Of a DNA stretch of 64,000 bases, positions 1 to 9,748 are shown one piece after another. This DNA is from an uncultured bacterium (GTDB lineage: Bacteria; Babelota; Babeliae; Babelales; Babelaceae), in the NCBI GenBank assembly GCA_963848965.1, contig CAWKFG010000001.1:512001-576000 (forward strand), written 5' to 3'. The position numbers were made by a program, and so were the translations under genes. Under the pieces are notes generated by a model. That model had not been told where the DNA came from and ran no database searches. It saw only the letters and a list, made by a program, of their open reading frames with translations. The first letter of the stretch is position 1, and each line of letters begins with the position of its first letter.

Positions 1-4
1 TTCA

Positions 5-1523
5 ATGCTTAAGTATTTCTACGAGATTTCAGAGCCTAGTAATAAGCACTTATTTCATAATACAGCTATTTGGCAGTGTGAGCGCTATCGCCAGTTGCAG
101 GGTACATTTCCACTGATTTTTATTACCTTAAAAGATGTAAAATCCCCTACCTGGCAACAAGCATATGATGACATTGTAGTGCTCATTATTGAAGAGTTTA
201 AAAGACATGCTGAATTTTTATTGCCTAAACTTTTAGCCTATGATTATGCAGATTACGAAGCTATCTTATATAGAACTGCAAGTGTTGCTGATTATAGTAA
301 TAGTCTCCTTTTTTTAAGTAGGCTTCTTGCTACTTATTATGGGCAAAAAGTGATAATTTTAATTGATGAGTATGATACGCCTATTCACATTGCTTATGCT
401 CATGAGTATTATAAAGACCTTGTAAGTTTTATGCAGAGATTCTTATCCAAAGCATTAAAAGATAATGATTTTCTTGAGCGCAGTGTACTAACTGGTATAC
501 TGCGGACTGCAAAAGAAGGCATATTTTCGGGTCTTAATCATTTAGATGTCTTTACTATTTTGCATGAAAGATTTTCAGATAAATTCGGGTTTGTTACTGC
601 TGAGGTAGATCAACTGCTTATGGATTATGATATTAAGCATGATGGTGAAGCTGTTAAATCCTGGTACAATAGTTATACGTGTGGTAAGGTGGCTTTATAT
701 AACCCATGGTCAATCTTACAATGTGTCCAAAATAAAGGTATTCTCAAGGCATATTGGTCTAATACGAGTGATAATTATTTAATAAAAAAGCTTATTGCAG
801 GCTCAAGCTCCTGATATGAAAATCGAGTTGGAATCATTATTGACTGGTGCATCGATAAAAAAACAAGTTGAAGAACGTTTGGTGTTTCCAACACTTGAGC
901 AAAGTTCTCAGGCATTATGGAGTTTATTATTGTGGGCAGGATACTTAACGTATACTTCTCATGAAATTGATGAAGAAAGCAGAGATATCTGTACTCTGGT
1001 TCTTCCAAATAAAGAGATAAAGATCCTCTATCAAATGCAAATTGAAGAAATCTTTGAGCAATCATTATCTACTCTAAAAATACATGCACTTTTTGAAGCA
1101 ATAATTATAGGGAATATCTCTAGAATAACGGAACTTTTGCAGGATTTTGTAATAAGCAGTATGAGCATGTTTGACATATCTGATACCGAACCGGAGAAAA
1201 GTTATCATTTATTTGTACTTGGCCTTTTGGTAACTCTGCGCGAGAATTATGAGATTAAATCTAATAGAGAAAGTGGTTATGGAAGATACGATATTATGCT
1301 TATTCCTAAAGAGATAACAAAACCTGGTTATGTTATAGAATTCAAAAAAGTTTCTACGTATACTAAAGAAACGTTAGAAGAGGCTGCTAAAAAAGCACTT
1401 ATGCAGATAAAAGAGAAACACTATATACAAGAGTTGCATGATAAAGGAATTTCTAGAGCTATAGCCTTGGGCATCGCATTTAAGAGAAAACAAATCTTGG
1501 TTTTATCAAACTCTTTTCTATAA
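5..1523 (+). pseudogene. AAA-ATPase-like + PD-(D/E)XK nuclease family protein, split by a frameshift near 795-814 (probably 5'-truncated by the window edge)
   Basis: ORF 5..814 has ILIDEYDTP (Walker B), IFSGLNHL and YNPWS. ORF 795..1523 has SNRESGYGRYDI and VIEFK. These normally form one polypeptide; the frames overlap with a +1 shift. Confidence 0.8.
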
Positions 1524-1539
1524 CACGTGAAAGGAATTT

Positions 1540-2214
1540 ATGCAATTTCTTCAAAAGCTTATGGTAATAAGTATTTTATTAGGCATACAAGAAACTACTT
1601 TGTATTCAATGCATGAGCCCAGTTTAAAAGATTCTGTACAAAAGAGGCAAAACAAACATATCACTTTTGTAACTGGAAACAAAGACAAGTTTGAAGAAGT
1701 AAAACAGTATCTTACTACACTTGATTCATCGATTGTTCTTGAGCAGATAGCTTTAGATCTTCCAGAATATCAAGGCCTTGATATAAAAAAGATTGCTCTA
1801 GCAAAAGCACAGGAAGCCTGGAGGTTACTGCAAAAACCTGTATTAATTGATGATGGCGGTATTTACCTTGAACGATTCAATAGTTTCCCTGGTCCGCTCA
1901 TTAAATATGTGTTTCAAGGTATTGGTTTTGAGGGCTTTTGGTTATTAGCCAAAGATGATCCGCGGGCATGCTTTCTAAGTTGCTTGGTCTACTACTATGA
2001 GCCAAACAAATATGAGATTTTTGAGGGTACTTGTTATGGTACAATTATTAAACCAAATGGAGTTATATCGCGCGAGCAGATGCCATTTAGCGATATTTTT
2101 ATTCCTCAAGAAGCTACAAAAACACTTACTCAGATGCGAGGTACTCAACAAGAGTGCTTATATCATCATCGGTATAAAGCGCTTAAACTATTTGTTCAAT
2201 GGTTTAATAAATAA
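1540..2214 (+). CDS. HAM1/ITPase-family non-canonical purine NTP pyrophosphatase with N-terminal signal-peptide-like extension
   Basis: FVTGNKDKFEE, LPEYQG, IALAKA, PVLIDDGG, FPGPLIK and C-terminal HRYKAL motifs; hydrophobic N-terminus ending LYS|MHE. Confidence 0.85.
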   Translation: MQFLQKLMVISILLGIQETTLYSMHEPSLKDSVQKRQNKHITFVTGNKDKFEEVKQYLTTLDSSIVLEQIALDLPEYQGLDIKKIALAKAQEAWRLLQKPVLIDDGGIYLERFNSFPGPLIKYVFQGIGFEGFWLLAKDDPRACFLSCLVYYYEPNKYEIFEGTCYGTIIKPNGVISREQMPFSDIFIPQEATKTLTQMRGTQQECLYHHRYKALKLFVQWFNK

Positions 2215-2305
2215 TTAATTGTACCTGAAGTTTGCTGCAATTCTGATTTTGCTTGTGTGCAATTGCACTGCAAGCAATATACGCTATACTGATAAATAGT
2301 TAGTT

Positions 2306-3889
2306 ATGCAAATAAAGCTTTCTCTAATGAGGAAATGGTTAAATATGCTACTATTTAGAAAGAATTGTTATACGGCTTTTGTGAAAACCTTATCTTTTAT
2401 ACTTTGTATAGGCGCTTTTGAGTATCTTGTTGGAAATAATAGAATTAGCTATTTGATTGCAAATCCGCGAGCTTCTCTGGTTGAGTTTTTGAGAATGGTT
2501 GGCAATAGAGGTGACTTTAAGGTTATGCATATACCTGCAAATTGGGCTTACTGCCATGCACATAATTATACAGATATAGCAAAAGGCTGGTATAGAGAAG
2601 ATGCTCCTACTACCTATGCACAAGCAAAGGCTGATATTTTAAAAGAGGTAGAAAAAGCACCTGTCTTTGTAGGAGAAAATACTCATACAGCAAAAGATTT
2701 TTTAGAGTATGATAAAGACTTTATTAAGGATCCGCGCGTCCAATTGGTCTTTCTTATAAGTAATCCTCACCGTGCTATCATTGAGTATTATGAGAAAAAG
2801 AAAAACTATTTTGATAAATTACCTTCTTCTCAACTATCTGAATCAATAGGATTAAAGGATTTATACAAGCTTTTAGAAGATATGAAGAAGAACGGGCTTA
2901 CTCTGCCACTCATAATTAAATCTGAAGATCTTTATTATACTACAAAAGAAGCAGTACAGTCTGTATGTGATTATTTACACGTCCCTTTTAAAGAAGAATC
3001 TTTGCATTGGAAAGATATAAGTGAAAATTTCTCAAGTTTCACAGACCTTGGATGGTATACCATTGAGCTTACTGAATGTTCAAAGCATTGGCATGGTGAT
3101 GCTATTAAAAGTACAGGTTTTTCTGAACCACAGGCGTACGCCCTTGATAAGAATCACAATCCCACATTTGAAGAAATATCAAATCCAGAGCATCGAAGGA
3201 TTTGTATGCAAGCATATGAAGAAAATATAGCTTACTACAAATTATTACTTGCACATGGTTGGCAAAAGCCTCAGGCTGGCCCTTCAGAAAATAAAGTAAC
3301 ACTTGAAGCTTATGAAGCCCGTTTACAAGAATATACCAATAACACACCTCAGCATGTTGATGGCTTTATAAAGGAGTGGATTGATCATTCGTTAACATAT
3401 GTTAAAAAAGGAGAAACCATTCTTGAACTTGGTAGTGGTTGTGGACGTGATGCAGATTATATAGAATCGCAAGGTTATAAAGTTAAAAGGACGGATGCGG
3501 CTCATAGCTTTGTAGAACTTTTAAAAAAGCAAGGTAAAGAAGCTTTTTTACTTAATGCGATAACAGATGAGTTCACTAGTATATATTCTATGTTTTTTGC
3601 TAACGGTGTGTTTCTTCATTTTACTCCTGAAGAGACTAAAAAAGTTTTTAGTAAGGCTCACGCAAGTTTGAAAGCTGATGGAATTCTTGCTTGTACGGTA
3701 AAGCAGGGTGAAGGATCTGGTTGGTCTGAAGAAAAGCTTGGAATGCCTCGCTACTATTGTTATTGGCAGGAACAAAAGCTTCAAGAATTATTATATCAAA
3801 CTGGTTTTGAAGTCTTAGAGCTAAAAGTTAGTGAACGTGGTAAGAATGCTTCATGGATATCTATAATTGCTAGAAAGATAATTTCTTAA
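2306..3889 (+). CDS. Sulfotransferase-like (P-loop) domain fused to class I SAM-dependent methyltransferase; start uncertain (possibly GTG 2381)
   Basis: N-half: ANPRASLVEFLR..RGDFKVMH, FLISNPH, IIKSEDL, LHW, WHGDAIKSTGF. C-half: ILELGSGCGRDA, ANGVFLHF, GEGSGW. Confidence 0.65.
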   Translation: MQIKLSLMRKWLNMLLFRKNCYTAFVKTLSFILCIGAFEYLVGNNRISYLIANPRASLVEFLRMVGNRGDFKVMHIPANWAYCHAHNYTDIAKGWYREDAPTTYAQAKADILKEVEKAPVFVGENTHTAKDFLEYDKDFIKDPRVQLVFLISNPHRAIIEYYEKKKNYFDKLPSSQLSESIGLKDLYKLLEDMKKNGLTLPLIIKSEDLYYTTKEAVQSVCDYLHVPFKEESLHWKDISENFSSFTDLGWYTIELTECSKHWHGDAIKSTGFSEPQAYALDKNHNPTFEEISNPEHRRICMQAYEENIAYYKLLLAHGWQKPQAGPSENKVTLEAYEARLQEYTNNTPQHVDGFIKEWIDHSLTYVKKGETILELGSGCGRDADYIESQGYKVKRTDAAHSFVELLKKQGKEAFLLNAITDEFTSIYSMFFANGVFLHFTPEETKKVFSKAHASLKADGILACTVKQGEGSGWSEEKLGMPRYYCYWQEQKLQELLYQTGFEVLELKVSERGKNASWISIIARKIIS

Positions 3890-3899
3890 GTAGCACTCA

Positions 3900-4328
3900 T
3901 TATAGAAACGTAAGAAGTTCTCTTCCAGGATAATCTTGTTGTTTAAGCACAGAAAGCAGATTGTGCAAACATAAAAATAAGGGTGTTGGCAAGTTTTCTT
4001 TGGTAAACCAGCACCATTCATAGCATTTTTCTGATTCTAAAACTTCGGGTGTCCCTCCATCATATTCTGCTATCATGTAAATAGTAATATAATGCTTATT
4101 TTCATTGAAAAAAATATCATTGGTAAATGTGGCTGGTCGGATGTTTTTGATAATAAGGCCAGTCTCTTCTTGTACTTCTCGTAAAGCACATTCTTCTAAT
4201 GTTTCACTATATTCTAGATGTCCTCCTGGAGGTGCCCAAGTCTCTGCACCATGAGCATTTTTTCTTTTGCCTAGAAGAATGCTGTTTTCTTTTACAATAA
4301 ATACAGCGACTCCAACTTTTGGAAGCAT
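3900..4328 (-). CDS. NUDIX hydrolase (MutT/NUDT15-like)
   Basis: Nudix box GGHLEYSETLEECALREVQEETG; PKVGVAV and EKCYEWCWF. Confidence 0.92.
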   Translation of the reverse strand: MLPKVGVAVFIVKENSILLGKRKNAHGAETWAPPGGHLEYSETLEECALREVQEETGLIIKNIRPATFTNDIFFNENKHYITIYMIAEYDGGTPEVLESEKCYEWCWFTKENLPTPLFLCLHNLLSVLKQQDYPGRELLTFL

Positions 4329-4430
4329 AAAAGGTGTCCTTATTTGATTTTTTTTGAATGTATACTATGATTCTTATGTGAAAATATAAGCGTACTTATA
4401 CTTCTTGTCAAAGTTATATGTAAGGAATAT

Positions 4431-4964
4431 ATGCGATATATTATTGCGCTGTTAGCTCAAGAACCAGAGCCATTTATTCAGGAAGCACAAAGACAGTTTT
4501 CACCTATAGCACAAGGTTATTTGTTATCAAACAATAGCTTACCTCATATAACTCTTGCTCAGTTTAATGTAGATGATGTATATAAATTAGGGAAGATTTG
4601 GAATGAATTGCTTACATATATTAAGGATATTCCACAGCCAAGATTTCTAGGTATCGGCTTTAGTAAAAAAACTAAAATGCCGTGGGGTGCTTCGCTCTCT
4701 GTAGCAAGAGAGCCCGAGCTTGTTGCTCTTCATCTTATTGTTATTGATGTGCTGAAAAATTATGGCATACAATCTATTACTCCTTCAAAAGAATTGTATC
4801 GACCTCATGTGACGCTTGCTCGTATTACAGAACCAAGACTTTCTCTGTTTGATGATAGTATATTAGACCCTTCTTCTTTTATTCTTGCTCTTGGTCAGGG
4901 AGATGAAAATGGCCAATACTTAAAGACTGTCTTAAAAAAAGAAGATCTTCCAGATCAATTATAA
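4431..4964 (+). CDS. 2H phosphoesterase (2'-5' RNA ligase superfamily), copy 1
   Basis: Two HxT motifs: LPHITLAQF and YRPHVTLAR. Confidence 0.8.
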   Translation: MRYIIALLAQEPEPFIQEAQRQFSPIAQGYLLSNNSLPHITLAQFNVDDVYKLGKIWNELLTYIKDIPQPRFLGIGFSKKTKMPWGASLSVAREPELVALHLIVIDVLKNYGIQSITPSKELYRPHVTLARITEPRLSLFDDSILDPSSFILALGQGDENGQYLKTVLKKEDLPDQL

Positions 4965-5200
4965 GAAATGAACGTATGGGAATCTTATGTATCTCTCTAT
5001 AATATATGACATAAAGAGAGAATAGCTTTGTCTTTATTGTAAGGCTATACTTCAAAGAAACAAGAATGCTGCTATTAATTCTGAATAGAGATGTTACTTT
5101 GTCAAATATGATAAAAAGTAAATTACATCTTATGGTGATTTTGGTATACTTGTCCTGTAAAATTTTTACTTATAAACTAAAGTTAGAGGGGTTACTTATA

Positions 5201-6619
5201 ATGCTAAGAAAATATTTTTTTGTGCTAATTTCACTTATGTTGTGGAACAACCTACATCTTCTAGCAGAGCAAGAAACTATTTATCAAATAAGAGCCTATT
5301 GTGCTCAGCTTGCCTTTGAGTATGAAAGAGAACTTGAGTATCTTGTTACTCAAAAAGCTCTAGATGATAAAGATACTATGCTTAGGCTGAGTATGGAGTC
5401 ATATTATAAAAGAGGACTTGAGGAGTTAAAAAAAGTTAAAGATGCTCTAGAAGCAGGTCAGGAAGATGCTATTTTTAGTCAGTTTATTCTATTTGTTGAA
5501 GATTTCCTTGGCTATGGAGAGGAAGAGTCAGTACTTAATGGCCCAAAAGAACTTCAAAAAGTTGTGTCTAAACCACAAAATGCTTTAAGGAGATGGTATA
5601 AACTAGGTGGAAAATTGGCTTTAGTTGCACTTATAGTTCAAACTGCTTTTGCTAAATTTATACCTTCAATAGAAGCAATCTCTATACCTTTAAATACTAA
5701 ATATCAAAATCTTTGTGATAAGCTTGTAGAAACCAAATGTCCGGGAATTACTTATGGTGCTCTTAGTAATATTCAGTGTCCTTCCTTACTTCCTATCGAG
5801 TTACGAGATGCTCTTCAGAAGACTATAAATGCAACAACAGTTAATGTAGAAGGGACTGCGCATTTGTGTCATTGCAGTGAATTGCAAGACAAAAGCGTAA
5901 GATGTCTAAGCAATATTCAGTTTCTAGAAAAGGATATATATGATGTTGATCCTACTACTCAACGAGCAAGGCAGGTAGGGTCTTATCGTGTAGGAACTTC
6001 TGAAGCATGCGATATAACTAGTAGACTATGTACTTATATAACATTTCTTCCTTGTGATGAGCAAGATAGGTTAATGAGAATGGGTGCTGCAGTGAGAGCG
6101 CAAGTTTCATACCATTTTAAACCAGATGTAACAGCAGAACTAGCATGTCTTAAAGATCTTATCGATTTAAAACCGAGCTATAGTGCTCTGGAAGAATTGG
6201 CTGCTATTTATAAGAATAAACCGCGTCTTTTAGCACGATGGGAAAAAGATATTGTAGACATGGTTGAGCGAAATAGTATTACGAACAGTGAACATGGTTG
6301 TTTTTATGCATCTGCGCGAGCTTTAGAAGAGTATAGTATCCAGGTTTCTGATGATTTTTTGCTTTATCTGTATACCCAATCATTACTACGTCAAGAAAAT
6401 CCACATGCTCTTGTGCGATACCATCTTGTTTTGCAAAGAGCAGACAGAGCTCCTTATGTTGCAGAAACACTGCAGCGCTTAAGGGAGCTTGATACGCTTT
6501 CGCGAGATTCATACGAAAATTACTCAGTAGATTTTTTTGGCAGAGCAGAATTCGATTTTTATGCTGCTTGTAAGAATACTCCTACCTCAAGTCAGCTATC
6601 TTCTTGTTCTTTTGAATAG
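5201..6619 (+). CDS. Exported Cys-rich hypothetical protein
   Basis: ATG 5201 after GAGGGG; signal-like MLRKYFFVLISLMLWNNLHLLA; second hydrophobic stretch LALVALIVQTAFA followed by many Cys. Confidence 0.6.
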   Translation: MLRKYFFVLISLMLWNNLHLLAEQETIYQIRAYCAQLAFEYERELEYLVTQKALDDKDTMLRLSMESYYKRGLEELKKVKDALEAGQEDAIFSQFILFVEDFLGYGEEESVLNGPKELQKVVSKPQNALRRWYKLGGKLALVALIVQTAFAKFIPSIEAISIPLNTKYQNLCDKLVETKCPGITYGALSNIQCPSLLPIELRDALQKTINATTVNVEGTAHLCHCSELQDKSVRCLSNIQFLEKDIYDVDPTTQRARQVGSYRVGTSEACDITSRLCTYITFLPCDEQDRLMRMGAAVRAQVSYHFKPDVTAELACLKDLIDLKPSYSALEELAAIYKNKPRLLARWEKDIVDMVERNSITNSEHGCFYASARALEEYSIQVSDDFLLYLYTQSLLRQENPHALVRYHLVLQRADRAPYVAETLQRLRELDTLSRDSYENYSVDFFGRAEFDFYAACKNTPTSSQLSSCSFE

Positions 6620-6771
6620 GAGAAGTGGTTGAGCTATTAAGAAATGTTTATGTTTTAATACCATGGGCTGAAAATCTGTTTATCTATTATTCATTATGCT
6701 AACGTTCCAGGATCTGAGCCTCTAGCTAATGCTTTAGGTCCTGGAGTTTTGTTGTATATTTAAAGGATTTT

Positions 6772-7299
6772 ATGAGATATATTATTGCACTATTGGCTCA
6801 GGAACCAGATCCATTTATTCAAGAGGCTCAAAGACAGTTTTCAGATATAGCACAAGGTTACTTATTATCAAATAGCAGCTTGCCTCACATAACTCTTGCT
6901 CAATTTGATTTAGACGATGAACAAAAGCTGGAGGAAGTTTGGCGAGAACTTTTTGCTTGCGTTAAAGACATTCCTCAACCAAGATTTACAGGTATCGGCT
7001 TTAGCAAAAAGGCTCAAGGCCTATGGGGGACTTCGCTCTCTGTAGCAAGAGAGCCAGAGCTTGTTAACCTTCATCTTATGGTTATTGATGTACTGAAAAA
7101 TCATGGCATACGATCAATTACTCATTCAAAAGAATTATACCGCCCTCATGTAACACTTGCTCGTGTTGCAGAACCAAAACTCTCTCAGTTTAATGACAGT
7201 ATATTAGATCCAGCTCTCTTTATTCTTGCACTTGGACAAGGTGATGAAAATGGTCAGTATTTGAATACAGTCTTTCAGAAGGATAAAATGTTCACATAG
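6772..7299 (+). CDS. 2H phosphoesterase, copy 2 (paralog of 4431..4964)
   Basis: Same N-terminus MRYIIALLAQEP, same two HxT motifs, visible DNA similarity. Confidence 0.8.
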   Translation: MRYIIALLAQEPDPFIQEAQRQFSDIAQGYLLSNSSLPHITLAQFDLDDEQKLEEVWRELFACVKDIPQPRFTGIGFSKKAQGLWGTSLSVAREPELVNLHLMVIDVLKNHGIRSITHSKELYRPHVTLARVAEPKLSQFNDSILDPALFILALGQGDENGQYLNTVFQKDKMFT

Positions 7300-7518
7300 C
7301 TGCTCTGTAAAATGTCCTTTTGTTAAAGCTTCTTTTGCTAATTCAAGCACTTCAAAACAGGGTGATAACGAAAATGTTATAATAAATAGCTTAATTTCTT
7401 ATCTTGTAAAAACTATAGTGCGTTTGATGATTAATTTCTTTTTGTTACCATAATAGTATTACTTAACTACTTTTAGTAAAAGAGGCAAAGCCCCTTTTTG
7501 GCAGCCAAGAGGATATTT

Positions 7519-8706
7519 ATGAAACTAAGCGTAATGCTATTACTGTTAATTGTTACTTTTTCTTATGCTATACAAGCTACTTTAAGCAATGGTAGTTTAC
7601 TTATAAAAGGACAGAAAAAAGTTCTTTTGCTCGGCGATAGACATCCTTTGCCAGATCCTTTTATAACTGCATCTGATCACGTTGAAATTATAAAGCTTGA
7701 TATGGCTCATTCAACAGTGCTTCTTGATTGGGTTAAAAAAATAGCATTATCTATATCTGCTTGTATGCTTGTAGAAGCAAGTAAACATCGACCAGAAACA
7801 ATTGATGTAGAAATGCTTGAGAAGGCTCCATTTATTCCTCTTGGGCTTTTGTTTCCGTATATGGCAAAGATAGCTAACTATCATTTAAATAAATTATCAT
7901 TTGTATATGCAGATATACGAACAGACCCTATGAGTGATTGTGTCAGATTTGTACATGATTTAATTACTAGTTCGACACAGGATACTATAAGCTTTCAAGC
8001 AATTAAACACAGGTACTTACATGAAAGAAGATTTACTATTACAGCAGAGGAATTCTATAATCATCTTGAAAATCAGGTAAAGATGTTTGTCAAGGCAGAG
8101 GATATGCAACCATTGCTTGATAAACTACTAATAGAACTTGAGCGGGGTAAAAAGCTTTTAGGTTCTTTGAATCAAACGGAGCCTTTAATTGAAGCTCTTT
8201 ATAAAGAAACTTGTTGTGCAGAAACTTCTGTACCAGGTATAAATATGCCATGTTCTATTTGGATTAATTGTTTTGATGGATTATTTGCGAGCGTTAGCTT
8301 TATTAATGAACTTATCTTAGCGTTGCAGCGTGTTGATACTTGTATTGTTATTGCAGGAAGCCAACATATAATCGATCTGCATTCTTTTCTGCTTGATCAG
8401 AGATTTCATGAGCAAAAAAGTTTTGGGAATTTTCATTCGTTGCGAGATTTAGCTCAAAATAGTGATTATAAAGCTGTAAATAGTTTAAATCGAGCATCCC
8501 TTAAATCCTTAACTTCTGGTGAATTATTGGCTCATTTTTTACAGGATGTAGAATCTTTTCTTTTGGCTCAAGAGGTAGTTAAAAGTTGTGCTATATGCAG
8601 TAAAGAAAGCACTAAGTATTGTAGTACATGCAAAAAAATATATTACTGCTCAGCCGAGTGTCAAAAAAAACACTGGCCAGAACATAAAAAAGTATGCAAA
8701 AAATGA
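7519..8706 (+). CDS. Exported protein with C-terminal MYND zinc finger
   Basis: Signal peptide MKLSVMLLLLIVTFSYAIQA; CAIC..CSTC..YYCSAECQKKHWPEHKKVC. Confidence 0.8.
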   Translation: MKLSVMLLLLIVTFSYAIQATLSNGSLLIKGQKKVLLLGDRHPLPDPFITASDHVEIIKLDMAHSTVLLDWVKKIALSISACMLVEASKHRPETIDVEMLEKAPFIPLGLLFPYMAKIANYHLNKLSFVYADIRTDPMSDCVRFVHDLITSSTQDTISFQAIKHRYLHERRFTITAEEFYNHLENQVKMFVKAEDMQPLLDKLLIELERGKKLLGSLNQTEPLIEALYKETCCAETSVPGINMPCSIWINCFDGLFASVSFINELILALQRVDTCIVIAGSQHIIDLHSFLLDQRFHEQKSFGNFHSLRDLAQNSDYKAVNSLNRASLKSLTSGELLAHFLQDVESFLLAQEVVKSCAICSKESTKYCSTCKKIYYCSAECQKKHWPEHKKVCKK

Positions 8707-8707
8707 A

Positions 8708-8932
8708 ATGATTAAACTTCTTTTAAAAGCAGGAGCTGATGCACGGTCTAACGGTGGTCAAAGTACTTTATCAGGAACAGTATGCATGTAATAAGGGTAT
8801 AAAAATGCTTCTTGAAAAAGAGCTGATCCAAAAGTACCAAATGCATTTATAACCCAACATCTCTTAAGATCTGCTGATGGTTCAGTTGATCAAAGATTAG
8901 TAGAGCTTCTTAAAGAATATGGTGCAAACTAA
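8708..8932 (+). pseudogene. Decayed ankyrin-repeat gene fragment
   Basis: MIKLLLKAGADARS then a stop; MLLEK, frameshift, ADPKVPN...LVELLKEYGAN*. Confidence 0.6.
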
Positions 8933-9030
8933 CACTTACGAGAGAAAGTGCTCAGAAAGCCAACAAGTTTACTGGTTCTTATGAATGATCGTCACTGGTC
9001 GCAGAAGCTCTCGTTTCTGCTATACTACTT

Positions 9031-9162
9031 AATAATAAAGAGTTGGATGTCGACTCTTAGGCTAGGCAGTGTAAGACTAACCTTATTAGCGACTGCTGCT
9101 TGAATCCAAAAATAGCGATTTATCGCCATCCCTATGACTTTAGTCATAAGGGAGTATGCCAA
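9031..9162 (+). mobile_element. Orphan IS200/IS605(IS1341)-like tnpB 3' end / right end (omegaRNA-like), no tnpB ORF
   Basis: Stems AAGAGTTG/CGACTCTT, GGCAGT-GTAAGA..ACTGCT and TCCCTATGACT-TT-AGTCATAAGGGA, followed by GTATGCCAA. Resembles tnpB right ends as recalled; no search run. Confidence 0.6.
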
Positions 9163-9188
9163 TTACGATAAAAAGAAGAGAGCATGTA

Positions 9189-9617
9189 TTATGCGCGCTC
9201 TCTTCTACATCTTCTACAAAAATCCCATAAAGCATATTTACCAGGACCGCCTACAATAATAGCAAGAGCAGAAATTATAAGACTAAGCGGATATTCAAAT
9301 CCCTTATTTTGAGAAAAAAAGCCATGTTTCCAATGAATAAGCGTAACTGCTCCTATCATAACAGGAATAACAAGCAATGCTCCCACTTCTGCTGCTACGC
9401 CAAGTAAAAGAAGTATTCCGCCAGTAAGCTCAGAAAATGCAGCTAAATAAGCAAGCCATTCAGGTACACCGTATTTAGCAATCCATGTTACAAAACCTTC
9501 AAGACCGGTACCACCAAAGAGACCTAAAACTTTTTGGCCACCATGAGCAATAAAAATGATACCGAGTGCTACTCGTATGATAAACAGCGCCCATTGTGCT
9601 CTTTCATTACTCGTCAT
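9189..9617 (-). CDS. DoxX family membrane protein
   Basis: RVALGIIFIAHGGQKVLG, ELTGGILLLLG, GFEYPL, GPGKYALWD. Confidence 0.9.
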   Translation of the reverse strand: MTSNERAQWALFIIRVALGIIFIAHGGQKVLGLFGGTGLEGFVTWIAKYGVPEWLAYLAAFSELTGGILLLLGVAAEVGALLVIPVMIGAVTLIHWKHGFFSQNKGFEYPLSLIISALAIIVGGPGKYALWDFCRRCRRERA

Positions 9618-9748
9618 ATGCATCTCCTCTGTTAAGAAATTTTACCATCACCGTTAGTCTAAGAAGTGCTTTGATGAAAATGCAAGAAAGTTATAAAGAT
9701 CATTTTGAAGTTTCTACCAGATTTTGTACGCTAGACATGGAGGTCATT

